DNA of 64,000 nt from Octopus sinensis (Eukaryota): contig NC_043005.1 of the NCBI RefSeq assembly GCF_006345805.1, forward strand, positions 87,730,001 to 87,794,000. The letters run 5' to 3'. This document shows positions 51,800 to 64,000 of this stretch, in pieces. Position numbers and translations under genes: made by a program. The notes beneath the pieces were generated by a model. That model did not search any database. It was not told where the DNA came from and was given only the letters and a program-made list of their open reading frames with translations. Every line of letters begins with the position of its first letter. Position 1 is the first letter of the stretch.

Positions 51800-51837
51800 G
51801 GAAGCAAGCTTCTTACCACACAGGTATTCCTGCGCCT
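51800..51837 (-). mobile_element. SINE family B, 5' head (A-box part)
   Basis: Reverse complement ggcgcaggaatacctgtgtggtaagaagcttgcttcc. Confidence 0.85.
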
Positions 51838-52899
51838 ATTGTATAAACAAATTATTCAAATATTTTGTTTATTGTCGAAGTAGAACCAATTTAATGCAGG
51901 TAAATTTTAGCAACAAAATCTTGTATGGAACCCCTCCCTAGGGTCATATGGACCCCGGCTGAGAAGCAGCCAGCAAACTAACCAACCAACCAAACAGCCA
52001 ACAAACCAAATGGAGATGTTCTCAGAAAGCGAAATACAATAGCTAGCAACAGGTCTACACTCGAATCTGCCGGATCTTATGAACAAGCAAGGGACACGTT
52101 ATTGAGGACAACCTTTTTTTCAGATTTTTATTCAGTCTACCTCTACATGTTTCTTTTAGTTCCTTGCACTAAATTAAGGATGTATTTATTGACGCATGCG
52201 TCCGATGATTTCAAGTGCCGTATGTTTATTTTGCAACCCTTTAGTAGTTAAACATTTGGCTAATTTCCTAAACGAAGTTGTGTTAGGTGAACTCTATTCT
52301 TATATTTTTTTTAATGATCGCTCATTAAGATGAATGTTGTGTCCATACTCCAACATGTCGCACGAAATCTCTTGTGGGCTGTTAACAATTTCTGTATTCT
52401 TCTTTTTGTTCTTCCAGCGTTAGAAATTTAGATAAAATGTCTCTGAGCATGTGACTAAATATACGCCGTTCATTGCAACTAGTTTCAGTAGTGCCACTGT
52501 CTACTTCACTATTATCATTGATGTTCTTGTTGCTATCATTTCATATTTAAATAAATGTTGCTTCTTGAGAGCAAGATTTGTAGTCGCTGGTGAATCCGAA
52601 TATCAAATTAAATTAATCATTTTACAACTATTGAAACTCATTAAACCGTCTGGAGTTGATGTTTATTTCTGTATGTCTGATATACTTCAGATATATCACA
52701 ACCTACGTATGACAATGTTATTTAAACTTGTATTTCGTATCACTATAACAATTTATTAATCTTGTAATATAATTTCGCTCACTTTTCTTGAGGCTCAGGG
52801 CTCTTAAAGCAAGTTACTCAGTCTTCGTGGCATAGAAGTGGGCGAGATCACAACAATACCCTTCAACGAGACTTCGGTAAGTTGGCGGGTTCAAGGCTA

Positions 52900-53222
52900 G
52901 CAAATTTTAGGCTAGGGTACAAGATGATTATATCGACTCCACGATTTGATTGCATTTGCAGTCAGAACGTAAATAGCCGTTAGTAATACCTATTTCTTTA
53001 CTACCCACAAGGGGCTAAACACAGAGAGGACAAACAAGGACAGAAAAACGGATTAAGTCGATTATATCGACCCCAGCGCGTAACCGGTACTTATTTAATC
53101 GACCCCGAAAGGATGAAAGGCAAAGTCGACTTCGGCGGAATTTGAACTCAGAACGTAACAGCAGACGAAATACAGCTATGCATTTCGCCCGGCGTGCTAA
53201 CGTTTCTGCCAGCTCACCGGAA
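52900..53222 (-). mobile_element. SINE family A: head, one full unit and a partial second unit
   Basis: Well-conserved unit at 52990-53175 preceded by tcagaacgtaa...aatacctatttc junction. Confidence 0.85.
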
Positions 53223-53619
53223 GTAATACTGCTCAGCATTTTGACCGACGCGGTAACGATTGAGGCAGTTTGCCGCCGTAACTCACTTTTATGCTGTTTT
53301 TATTTCACAGTTCGGTTCACGGAGATTTATACTTTTAGCCAGGACGTGTTTTGTCTATTTAACCGTTAATTTCAATATTATTTTAAATAGACGACAGTTT
53401 TCTGTACAAGTTTCGACACATTTCACTTGCGATTAAATTTATAGTTACTCACAGCTTGCAATTTCATTCCTTTAAAATTGTTTTAATTCTGCAATTATAT
53501 CTGAGTGTATGCACTTAGTTATCGAGGAACATGTGAAGAGTTAGAGCTGAAAATGGAAATTTTGAAACAACAAAACAATATTGTTAGAAAATAATACATA
53601 TTCTGTTTCAATTCATCAT

Positions 53620-53633
53620 TATTATTATTATTT

Positions 53634-53672
<39 letters not shown>

Positions 53673-53676
53673 TATT

Positions 53677-53733
<57 letters not shown>

Positions 53734-53735
53734 GG
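53620..53735. repeat. (TTA)n microsatellite
   Basis: Direct reading. Confidence 0.95.
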
Positions 53736-54723
53736 TATTACTTTTTTGTAATTTATTTATTTATTTGCTTCGAACCATAGAAATGTTATAAATATTCTAT
53801 ACTCTCCATTTATCAACATTTTGACAGTTTCTCCTTAACATGCTTTCTTTTATTGTTACTAATCTTAAATTCAAATATTTGTTTTTGTTTTTGGTTATCG
53901 AAGAAAGTATATAATAAAAGAATAGAAAATATAGCTTCCTGTGACATTTTCCCACCAAATGTATTCTTCCTTCAAAATATGTTTATCAAGAAAATAAAAA
54001 CAGAAATGCGATTTACGATATTTAGGTTGTTACTCTAAACTTACGTATATTTGTTTTTGATTAAGGTCATATTTAAACTCACAAATATTTAATGAAACAA
54101 TAATTTTTCTTTTTAAGACTGAATGACTTTTGACTTTCATAGAATTATGAAATGAGTTTCAAGAAAACAAAATATTTTAACACGTGACGCACCCTGGCGG
54201 TCAGCTATCGTAAGCAATTCGATCACTTCCCAATCAATTCAGGTGGGATTGGACGTTGCCGTTTAAATCAGAAAATGACGAAGATGCCTAGAATATATAG
54301 AATGTATACAGTTAGCATTGTTCTTACACATTACAATGATCTTTAAATTTCTAGTTGTAGTAATGTACACCGCAATTTCGTCCTTATTTGAAATTGTCAG
54401 CATAGCATAACCCAAGGCAAACAATTAAAATCAGTTAAACATTTTACGAAGAATCAAGCCAACTTTTACACACAGAAAATAGTCTACAATTTTAAAGGCA
54501 TCCACGTGATCCGGGTTTTTCCTCACCATTGGTCAATAATAGAGAGAGACCTTTCTTGCAATATAGATTAATATTAACATGGAAATCTGTCATAGCTACA
54601 GGCTTAAAGCGTCAGTCCAATCATTTAGAATTTCCAGCAATTGTTAGTTGATATTGTATCGACAACAAAGCATTACTCTATTATATCTACTTATGTTTAC
54701 TATTATATTATATCTATTTACAA

Positions 54724-55040
54724 GTGAAGGCGCATGGCTCAGTGGTTAGAGCGTCACGCTTACGATCGTGAGGTTGTGAGTTCGAATCCCAGCCTGGGCT
54801 GCGTGTTGTGTTCTTGAGCAAGACACTTTATTTCACGTTGCTCCAGTTAACTCAGCTGTAGAAATGAATTGCGACATCACTGGTGCCAAGCTGTATCGGC
54901 CTTTGCCTTTCCCTTGGTAACATCAGTGGTGTGTAGAGGGGAGGCTGGTATGCATGGGCAACTGCTAGACTTCCATAAAGAAACTTGCCCGGATTTGTGT
55001 CTGAGATGGTAACTTTCTAGGTGCAATCCCAGGGTCATTC
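54724..55040 (+). mobile_element. SINE family D, full length, tRNA-like head plus CORE-like domain
   Basis: ggcgcatggctcagtggttagagcg...gagttcgaatccc; tgtgttcttgagcaagacactttatttcacgttgctccagttaactcagctgtagaaatg resembles the CORE-SINE consensus as I recall it; identity to a named octopus family not verified. Confidence 0.85.
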
Positions 55041-55072
55041 CTGACCGAATGGGGTCTCTCTCAGCATCTATT

Positions 55073-55174
<102 letters not shown>

Positions 55175-56081
55175 TATTGAATTGACATGCCCATGTATGC
55201 AAAGGAATATCATCCACCGAAGCAATAGATTTCAGAACTATGCAACGAATTAATTTTTAACAGCCAATTCTAATGAATCAACTATCTTTTGCATTAATAA
55301 ATATTTTATCACACAACCGAAAGGGCTCAGATTTCAGCTGACCCTGTTGACAATTGCACCATGTGCAGTATATGATTCTTGCTTATGTGATAAACGCCTG
55401 AATATTTAATTAATCTTTTACTTTAACATCTAAGGATTGTCAGTGAAGTTAGCTGTTGAGTTATTGGTTAATAATCATTTATTAATGAATTGATATAGTT
55501 CTTTATATATATGAGTGCATGTATGTATATGTGCATGAATATATTCATGTATGTTTTATATATGTGCCTCTATATATACATATGTAACTATATATGCATA
55601 TATTCTATTCTACCTTATTTTATTTTTATTCTGTTTTTATTTCCTTGTTTTATTCTTATTTTACTTTTTACTTTACATATTACTTCTTATATTCTTTTAC
55701 CCTATTTTTTATTTTACTTTATTTTATTATATTCTAACTAATCTGTTGCATACACACATACGAAAATAAAATTAGACCATTATGCTGAAATGAACAAATA
55801 GATCAAAATGTGACTTTTTAAAATGTCTAACTTTTCCCTGATGATATTTCGCTCATAATTCATAAACGCAAATTCTGTAAGCTATTCCATGAGTATAAAT
55901 GGAAACCGCTGTAGGAATAAGTGCTTATCGATAGATAATCACTATTTTCTTTCTTTGATACAGATTATATACGTAATACCTATTAACTTAGTGAAATTTT
56001 ATTTCCCAAATATATACGGTATAGAACCTGTGTTTTATTGGGTATAATCATCCCTTTAAGAGATTAATATATCCTCTGATT

Positions 56082-56164
<83 letters not shown>

Positions 56165-56165
<1 letters not shown>

Positions 56166-56205
56166 CGCAATGACCCAGTGGTTAGGGCAGCGGACTCGCG
56201 GTCGG
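56165..56205 (+). mobile_element. SINE family C head stub
   Basis: cgcaatgacccagtggttagggcagcggactcgcggtc, cut off by the palindrome arm. Confidence 0.75.
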
Positions 56206-56207
56206 AG

Positions 56208-56852
56208 ACAATAACCCAAGGTAGTGTGAAATTTCTTGAACATTTTATAAAGAAGTTTAGCTTTACAGCTGTTTCAGGGATGTAAAAGGTATCCTATCAT
56301 CAGAGACGACGTGAGAGAGTTAAATAGAAAGAAATAGTAGAGTTCAATATAAGAAAATATAGAGAAACATAAAAATAAAAATAAATATATATGGTAGGTG
56401 TTAAAACTTGCTGTTCCATTATCTAAGTGATGTGTTGTGTAAAATGGGGGAAAAGGCTTCTTGTCCATGTATATAAGTTCCGATGGGAGTTCATATTTTA
56501 GTTATTACAAATGGATAGTGTGCAGGTGTTTGTAATAACAAATCATGAACTCCTATCGGAACTTACATACCACGGACAAAAAGCCTTTTTACCCATTCTA
56601 CACAACACATTCCTTGGATAATGGAACAGCAAGTTTAATATCCAACATTTTTATTCTTACATTTCCCTTAATACATCCTATATCTTTCCCTTTTCAATAT
56701 AACTTCTTACATTGAATTCTACCATTTCCTTCTATTTAACTCTCTCATATCGTCTCTGACACTGGGATATCTTTTATATCCCTGAAACAGCTGTAAGACT
56801 ACCTTTCTCTTTATAACATGTCCTAGAGATTTCACACTGCCTTGGCTTTGTT
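56208..56852. mobile_element. Old ~310-bp inverted duplication of a Penelope-type pLTR; each arm carries a hammerhead motif
   Basis: Arms ~56208-56512 and ~56529-56852, roughly 80% identical by eye; motifs at 56261-56307 (-) and 56752-56799 (+). Confidence 0.8.
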
Positions 56853-57592
56853 GTCACATTACATTTAACTTATACACGCACGCACACGACCCGTGTTAGT
56901 TTCCTCACTCATACTATCACCGAACCGGGAGCCTAACAACGCTCCTTCCGTAGCACTTACAAAGCTTTACCTGTCTTTTGGATCTTCTGAATATTAAAAC
57001 CTCTCATATATGTGTGTGTGTGTGTATGTGTGTTGTGTTTGTGTGTGCATGTATGTATGAATGTACGTATGTATGTATGTACGTACGTATGTATGTATGT
57101 ATGTATGTATGAATGTATGTAAGTATTTATGCATGTATGTATGTATGCATGTATGTATATATGTATGTATGTAGGTAGGTATGTATATATGCACACACAT
57201 GTGCACATTGGGAGCTTTCGATTGCACTTGAGAGTATGACGCCCGTACATTCCTGAGCCTGCAACCCGTATTAGCACTGAATATCTTGTCCTAGTTCATG
57301 TCTGGATGATGGTAATAGGATAGGGTCGGAGAGGCAAGGCGCTGTGTAAGACTTATTGAACCTAAAATTTTAAGTTATGCAATCGCCGGGAGGTAACTCT
57401 TTGACCAGTTGAGTAGGAAGGCGCAGCAAAGATCACGTTAGCTGCGAGTGCAAACGTGGGTAAAACCGACCCCGAGTGCAATAACACCATGGAATGGAAT
57501 TGTTGACATTTTGCATAGACAATGGTCAGAGAGTGTCTTTCACAGTGACGAGTAGACAGCCATGATCGTCATCATATAAACATATATATATT

Positions 57593-57642
<50 letters not shown>

Positions 57643-57654
57643 ATATATTATATA

Positions 57655-57688
<34 letters not shown>

Positions 57689-57994
57689 ATCAAACATATG
57701 TAGAACGTTTCCTTTAAGTTAATTAGCTAATTATACTAAGTAGTGCAGTTATGGTGTGGTGTTGGAAAAGGTTAAATATCACACAACTTCAATTTCCATC
57801 AAATCATAATCCACCGTCCGTTCACCAAAGCCTTATGACTGGAATTCTGTGAATTATAATTGTGAAGAATAGATGCATGCCTGTATACTGGTGTAAAATT
57901 GGTGCTCTGTCAGAAAACATAACATACACACACACCCACACACACACTCATGTGTGTGTGTGTATGTGTGTGGTGGTATGTAAAATATTCTTTT

Positions 57995-58366
57995 CTACAC
58001 TAGGCACAAAGCCCGAAATCTTTGGGGAAGTGGCAAGTCGATTAGATCAACCCCAGTACACAACGAAAAGATGAAAGGCAAAGTCGACCTTGGTGGAATT
58101 TGTACTCAGAACATAAAGACACACGTAATACCTATTTCTTTACTGCCCACAAGGGGCTACACATAGAGGGGACACACAAAGACAGACAGACAGATTAAGT
58201 CGATTATATCGACCCCAGTGCGTAACTGGTACTTATTTAATCGACCCCGAAAAGATGAAAAGCAAAATCGACATCGGCGGAATTTGAACTCAGATCGTAG
58301 CGGCAGACGTAATACTGCTAATCATTTCACCCAGCGTGCTAACGTTACTGCCAGCTGACCGCCTTA
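57995..58366 (-). mobile_element. SINE family A dimer
   Basis: Two tgaaa.gcaaa.tcgac cores (58075, 58255) joined at aatacctatttctttact. Confidence 0.85.
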
Positions 58367-58666
58367 GGTATGTAAAATAGTGTTTAAGCTATTCGTGTAC
58401 ATTCGAACATGGAAAGACATACGCTGCATGCGTCCTACACTTTCATGACGTCTTTCATAGCCCAGTGGTGTGTTTTTCAAATACATATTATCTGTAACGA
58501 GAATATTCTCTCGGGAGACAATGCCTGCATCGTTAGGGCTAATCCGTGGTGTACAACTAATATTTGATGGTTTTATTTTCGCATGCAATTTTGTGGAAAG
58601 TACCCATTATTCTATGTCGCTAATATCAGACCGATAGGGATTTAAAATAATTTTTTATAGTCTACC

Positions 58667-58935
58667 TACGAGTCGCGTTCAAAAAGTATCCGGCATTATC
58701 TGTTCCCGCTAAAACTAATGATGCGCGGGGAAAATATTTTGTGTGAGAGGTGACTCATGAGCGAAAATTTTCGGGCCGTTAAGTCACGTCAGTTTCCCCG
58801 GCTGTTTCACCTTCAGCCCAAATGCATACGTAAAAAGGGTGGTGTTATCTCTCACCCAAACGATTTTGCCCTCGCAGTATTAGTTTTGGCGAGAAAAAAA
58901 TTATAAAGTTGAATAATTTTTGAACGTACCTCATA
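58667..58935. mobile_element. Mariner-type MITE with ~85-bp TIRs and TA at both ends
   Basis: ta-cgagtcgcgttcaaaaa versus rc ta-tgaggtacgttcaaaaa; subterminal cgctaaaactaatgatgcgcggggaaaat..tttgtgtgagag is also inverted at 58849-58895. Confidence 0.8.
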
Positions 58936-59639
58936 TATCGAACCACAGTCAACTTTAATTCTAGCTTACCTCCTCTTTGTACTATCTCTCTCCCTTCTTC
59001 TTACTCATTCTCTCTCTCTCTCTCTCATCTTCTTTCCCTCACACTCTCTCCTTCGCCTCTTCTCCCGCACTCTTTCTTTCCTCACTCTCTCCTTCTCTCA
59101 AGACTTGTAAGATATTGGACAGAGCATATTCTTCTCCTTACATTTCTTACAATTTTCGGTTTTCTTTTAATATATCTAACGGTTTTTAAGATTTTCTTTT
59201 GTTCTCATTTGTTAGCATTTCACGTAAGAATAAAAGGGCGCTATACATGACTACCAATGATCAGAAATTTTATGATCGTTCTCATGAGAAAGAGAAATAA
59301 AATATTACATATAAATGTTCTGTGCACCTTCATCGTTGCCCTTCGATTTCAAATTCAAACTTCTAATAGCACCATGATGGATCGAGTAGCAATTATCTCC
59401 CTTACAAGAACTAACTGCTTTGCATATATTCAATTTATTATTTTCTTATAGAGAAAACCGTGGTAGGCTTCATGCATCTTCATTAGTGAACATTGGTTTC
59501 CTCAAATATACTTATATAGACATTTTCATTGCTGTGTGATAGTCTTAACCTCCTCCTTTGAAGAGAGGAATATTTACAATATACGCAGTATTTCATGATT
59601 CTCTATCTAGTAACTCAAATCTTAATATGTAATATATTA

Positions 59640-60660
59640 TTGTCTGCCGCTACGTTCTGAGTTCCAATTTTGCCGAGGTCGACTTCGCCTTTCATCCTTT
59701 CGGGATCGATTAAATAAGTACCCACCCCTGAGTTTAAGGCTTTGTGCTTCCAGTAGAAGGAATATGTAATATCTTATATAAAGCGACAATCTAGCAGAAA
59801 CGATAACATTGCGTCTGTCCTAATGTTCTGGGTTCAAATTCCGCCGAAATCGACTTTATTTTACAAACCTTTCGGGGTCGATACATTAAGTACTAAATGA
59901 ACACTGGGGTCGTTATAATCGACATACACCTCCCCTAAAGTTGCTGGCCTTGTGCCAAATTTGAAGCCAATATGCAAATGTATTGTATCTTTTATTTTTT
60001 AATCACTGGATTGCGGCCATAGTGGGGCACGGCATTGATGGGATTTAATCGACCAAATTGACATTAGTACTCATTTATAAATATTGTATCTATTCACTTA
60101 GTCCTTTTTTCCTACGACAGAGCTCCAGCTGTTACGAAATCGTGAACAAAGCAATACCGGTTGTTAACCAGCGGGGAAGAGAGACAAATACAAAAACACC
60201 AAAATAAACGTAATAAACACACTGCCCAGGGCTATGATAGAAGACACCCAATGTGCCGTTCAGTGGAATTGAACAGGTAAACACTTGATTGTGAAGCAGG
60301 CTTTTAAAACCCACAGCCATTCCTAGGGTTATATGAAGTGAATTTGATCCCAACTCAACTTTATTACTGAGGGGGTTTCTACGGTGCTTATAACTTGTTT
60401 TTTTTTAGCATTCACTTTATATCTTTTGATAACAATCTGATTTAATGCGATGACTTGGCAGAAACGTTATCGCACCGGGTAAAATGTAACCAGCGTTGCG
60501 TCCGTCTTTACGTCCTGAGTTCTAATGCCGCCGTGGTCGACTTTGTCTTCCATCCCTTCGAGGTTGATAAAATAAGCACCAATTGAGTATTGAGGGTTGC
60601 TGTAATCGACTTACTCCCTCCCCCGAAATTGCTGGCCTTGTGCCAACATTTCAAACCAAT
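59640..60660 (+). mobile_element. Cluster of three SINE A copies (59640-59760, 59790-59970, 60465-60660) and one SINE B piece (60120-60330, minus)
   Basis: Family cores and ggccttgtgcc tails recognisable. Confidence 0.7.
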
Positions 60661-61849
60661 ACTTACCTGATTTTTCTGTAGTAATAATTTTAATCACCCA
60701 CTTCATTTCTGGTTTACATCGTATCATATCTCCTATTTAAGTTCATAAATGTAACAATATTTTTTTTAGTTTTAACTACCTTGTTCTCATTTGTTTCTTA
60801 GATAATTTTTGTGTAGCCCCACACTCATTTCAAATGTCAGACTAAATCCATTCTAGTTTCCCTAAATGACGATTATGAATTTTAAAATTTCTATTTTAGA
60901 CATAGTGACTAAATGATTGGTAGTTTATTCCCGAAGATCTGTAACCAATCAGGTTTATATTTGATGTTGTCAAAAGTAGACAAAAAATAAAAGAGATGTG
61001 AATGTGATTACATCAAGAAATTCTCTCTATTGAAAGTGTCTTATACAACTGTTTTATCGGAATTTCGATGACATGTAAGGGAGGGGTATGACTGCTATCC
61101 ACTGACAATACCATATAGTTATATAGTTATGTAGCGTCTTATTTGACATGTTCGTGTGCAGTCGGACATGAAAACCCAATACGTTGTACAAGTTGTCTGG
61201 AGAGACTAAATTCTCCTTATAGACAATATGGGTGTAAAAACAACATTAGCTCCCCAGATTGTTTTCTACATTATTACGCTTCGTCAGTTGTTCAGACGTA
61301 TCTGTTGTTCACGGCCGGTGGTCGCTCTTATATTAGAATACCGAATGATGTATTTGCTGATGTACGAACAGTTTTGTGAAGTTGGAATAAATAATTAAAG
61401 GCTCACCATGTAGCTTTGAATGAAATATATCAGTTCGCTATGTGGAACCCTTCTCTGTTTATGTATTGCTTCCAAAGCCCAAGAAATTGGCCCGGTGTCT
61501 TACGATTTGCATTTATCAAATTATGCAATACCTGCATTTCCCTATCTAATAGTTTTCAATAACAATCGTTATTTCATTAATAAACTTTCGTTACAACAAG
61601 TCACTTTCTGGCAATCTTTCTGCTATTACTTTCCAGATGTGCGCTAACCCTGTTGGAGTTCATAGATATTAAGTTTAAGGCCTTGTATATTGGTAAACAA
61701 GTTATTGCTTTGCCTTTTAGGGGTTTCCTTGTTTCTCAGAAATATCATTCGTCTCAATACTAACTAATCAGGTGTTGATTTTGATCTCTTTCATTGAATG
61801 CAGCTCTTTTCTATATTGCTGAAATGGAAAACTTATCAATTACAGAAGC

Positions 61850-62340
61850 ATAGCAGGCGCTAGCCAATCACTTTTATTGATGAAATTCACCAAGTGTTTC
61901 TTCCTTTATTACTGAACTCGACCGCCATTCAAGGTGTGATAAATCCGTCTTTAGTTCAGATATATTATATCCACAACTACATTGTCCAGTTCATTCATCC
62001 ATTTTTAAGACGCTTCGGCGAAAATTGAAGGAGATCTGCTTGATAATTCAGCAGGTCACCAACCGAACTGACATCTCCTGCGTTGTAGTTTATTGCATTT
62101 TCCATTCTAATCAAATAAGTACCTTCGCTTTATTGCAATCAAGCGGTGAGGATTTTTTTCTTAAAATTTGTTTCGATTTCTTTTAAGGTTATTGTGACAT
62201 CCAATGGGAAACATTTGCCTTCTTTGGTTTTCTTATTGATCTGTTTCCAATACTGCTTGGTATTTGTTTCAAATAAAATATTCTTACGAGAAGGAAGAAT
62301 TATCGGTTAAGATTTTGCAGAGTTCCCCAAGTATTCCTTT
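61850..62340 (-). pseudogene. Highly decayed CR1-like RT fragment
   Basis: Across frames: PLDCNKAKVLI (cf. P.DW..A.V.PI), NAINY, WMNELD-VVVDIIYLN (cf. VDVIYLDF). Confidence 0.5.
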
Positions 62341-62370
62341 GCTTCTAAACTTTTGTCATAATATAATATA

Positions 62371-62990
62371 AGGCGGCGAGCTGGTAGAAACGTTAGCACG
62401 CCGGGCGAAATGCTTAAAGGTATTTCGTCTGCCGTTACGTTCTGAGTTCAAATTCTGCCGAGGTCGACTTTGCCTTTTATCCTTTCGGGGTCGATAAATT
62501 AAGTACCAGTCGATTTAATCGACTTAATCCATTTGGGGTCGATTTAATCGACTTAATCCATTTGTCTGTCCTTGTTTCTCCCCTCTGTGGTTAGCCTCTT
62601 GTGGGTAGTAAAGAAATAGGTATTTCGACTGCCGTTACGTTCTGAGTTCAAATTCCGCCGAGGTCGACTTTGCCTTTCATCCTTTCGGGGTCGATAAATG
62701 AAGTACCATTTACGCATTGGGGTGGATATAATCGACTTAATCCGTCTGCTCGTCCTTGTTTGTATCCTCTGTGTTTAGCCCCTTGTGGGTAGTAAAGAAA
62801 TAGGTATTTCGTCTGCAGTTACGTTCTGAATTTAAATTCCGCAGACGTCGAATTTGCCTTTCATATTTCGGGGTCGATTGAATAAGTACCAGTTACGCAC
62901 TGGCGTCGATGTAATCGACTTAGTCCCTTTGTCGGTCCTTGTTTGTCCCCTCTAGGTTTAACCCCTTGTAGGCAATAAAGAAATAAATAT
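62371..62990 (+). mobile_element. SINE family A trimer
   Basis: Head aggcggcgagctggtagaaacgttagc; units restart at ggtatt 62619 and 62803 (184 bp apart); unit 1 carries a small internal duplication. Confidence 0.9.
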
Positions 62991-64000
62991 TTGGTGCGCT
63001 TGCTTATCTTGTGTGTTTTTTTCATATCTTTATCACTCTGTTATTCTTCCTACATTCGTTGAGTAAGATTTGGTGATGTTTACGGTGAGTAAGGTTCAAC
63101 CGTTACTAGGGTGCGTAAGGATAACCCTTTCTCTCGCTGAACAAGAAGAAATCAATATTTCGCTGGAAAGAAGAGAATGAGCATATAATCATTATCGAAA
63201 TAATCGTAGAGAATTCACAGAATCGTTAGACCATCAGAAATAGCATCTTGTGGTATTTCTTCTGGCTCTTTGGTTTCTGAGTTCAAATCTCAGCGATGGC
63301 AACTTTGCCTTTGATCCCTTCAGAGTGGTTAAATTAAAGTACCAGTCAAGTATAAAACTTCAACATTAAAAAAGAGACCTTCAGTAATATTCATTTGGAA
63401 GTTTAAAACCCGACGTCGCTAACGGGAATATGAAGGAGTGTAACTAAATAACAGAAAGGCTTTTTGTTCTCGTATATATATCATAAAATTAATATCTGAG
63501 AAAGTCGCCTAAGCCTAGATGAAAATAATATTGCCCGAATTTAGCTCAAGGTCTTTGTTTACGAGGCAACTTGACTGTATATCTGGAGGCGTTCTTTCTG
63601 CTAGAAAAAACCAACCATATTTAGAGTAGGAATTGATGTCAGCATTTTAAAATATGGATAAATGATCTTATTTTTAAGCTGATTGCAGATTATGTACATT
63701 TATGTATCCTATTCGGAGGGAAACCACATCTTTAGAAGAAAACAGAGTAAAGCTGTTAGTCTGGTTTCTTCTTCAGAAAAGCGTCCTTGAAAATGCTCCG
63801 CCCATAGTCTTTCTCCACTTTTGTGATGAAAACCACAACACTTCCTGGGAAATCGTCCAAGAATGTCCTCCATATGTTTATAGGTAATTTTCTTAATAAT
63901 CTGTCAATCAGTGTTTTCGGGATAATTTTGTAAATCGTCTTTCTATTGTTTTCTTATGTAATCCATTAGCCTATCGATGTTTTATTTTATAAAGCTTACT

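Noticed and set aside
58364-58588. ORF with kinase-like ENILVTDNMYLK
   Set aside because: No HRD before it, no DFG after it and no splice-site support.
60658-60670. atacttacctg, identical to the U1 snRNA 5' end
   Set aside because: The match stops after 11 nt; at most a consensus splice donor on the minus strand with no convincing acceptor upstream.
63700-63960. Possible exon or LINE tail (ERRFTKL on the minus strand)
   Set aside because: Similarity too short to call; no clear splice sites.

Overview
AT-rich, microsatellite-saturated eukaryotic DNA made almost entirely of repeats. The SINE/LINE/Penelope repertoire suggests an octopus or other coleoid cephalopod (inference, not verified). 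I recognise no host-gene exon; most ORFs in the track are translated microsatellites. Recognisable elements: RTE LINE remnants (4.0-4.4 kb, 8.6-11 kb), CR1-like LINEs (38.2-40.75 kb, 61.9-62.3 kb), a young R4/Dong element in a (TAA)n array (43.6-45.0 kb), a decayed full-length mariner (45.3-46.6 kb), Penelope-like pieces with hammerhead-ribozyme motifs and fold-back palindromes, two non-autonomous Helitrons, several MITEs and four tRNA-like SINE families (called A-D here). Best leads: (1) a complete, TSD-flanked 2.43-kb L1/Tx1-type element encoding only ORF1 (HAL1-like), inserted into a SINE head; (2) a CR1-like LINE whose 3' end matches the SINE B tail, with a covarying hairpin; (3) degenerate minimal hammerheads whose lesions complement each other across copies; (4) precise head-to-tail SINE A multimers and tail-swapped SINE C copies. 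All alignments and coordinates were done by eye; boundaries of old elements are approximate.
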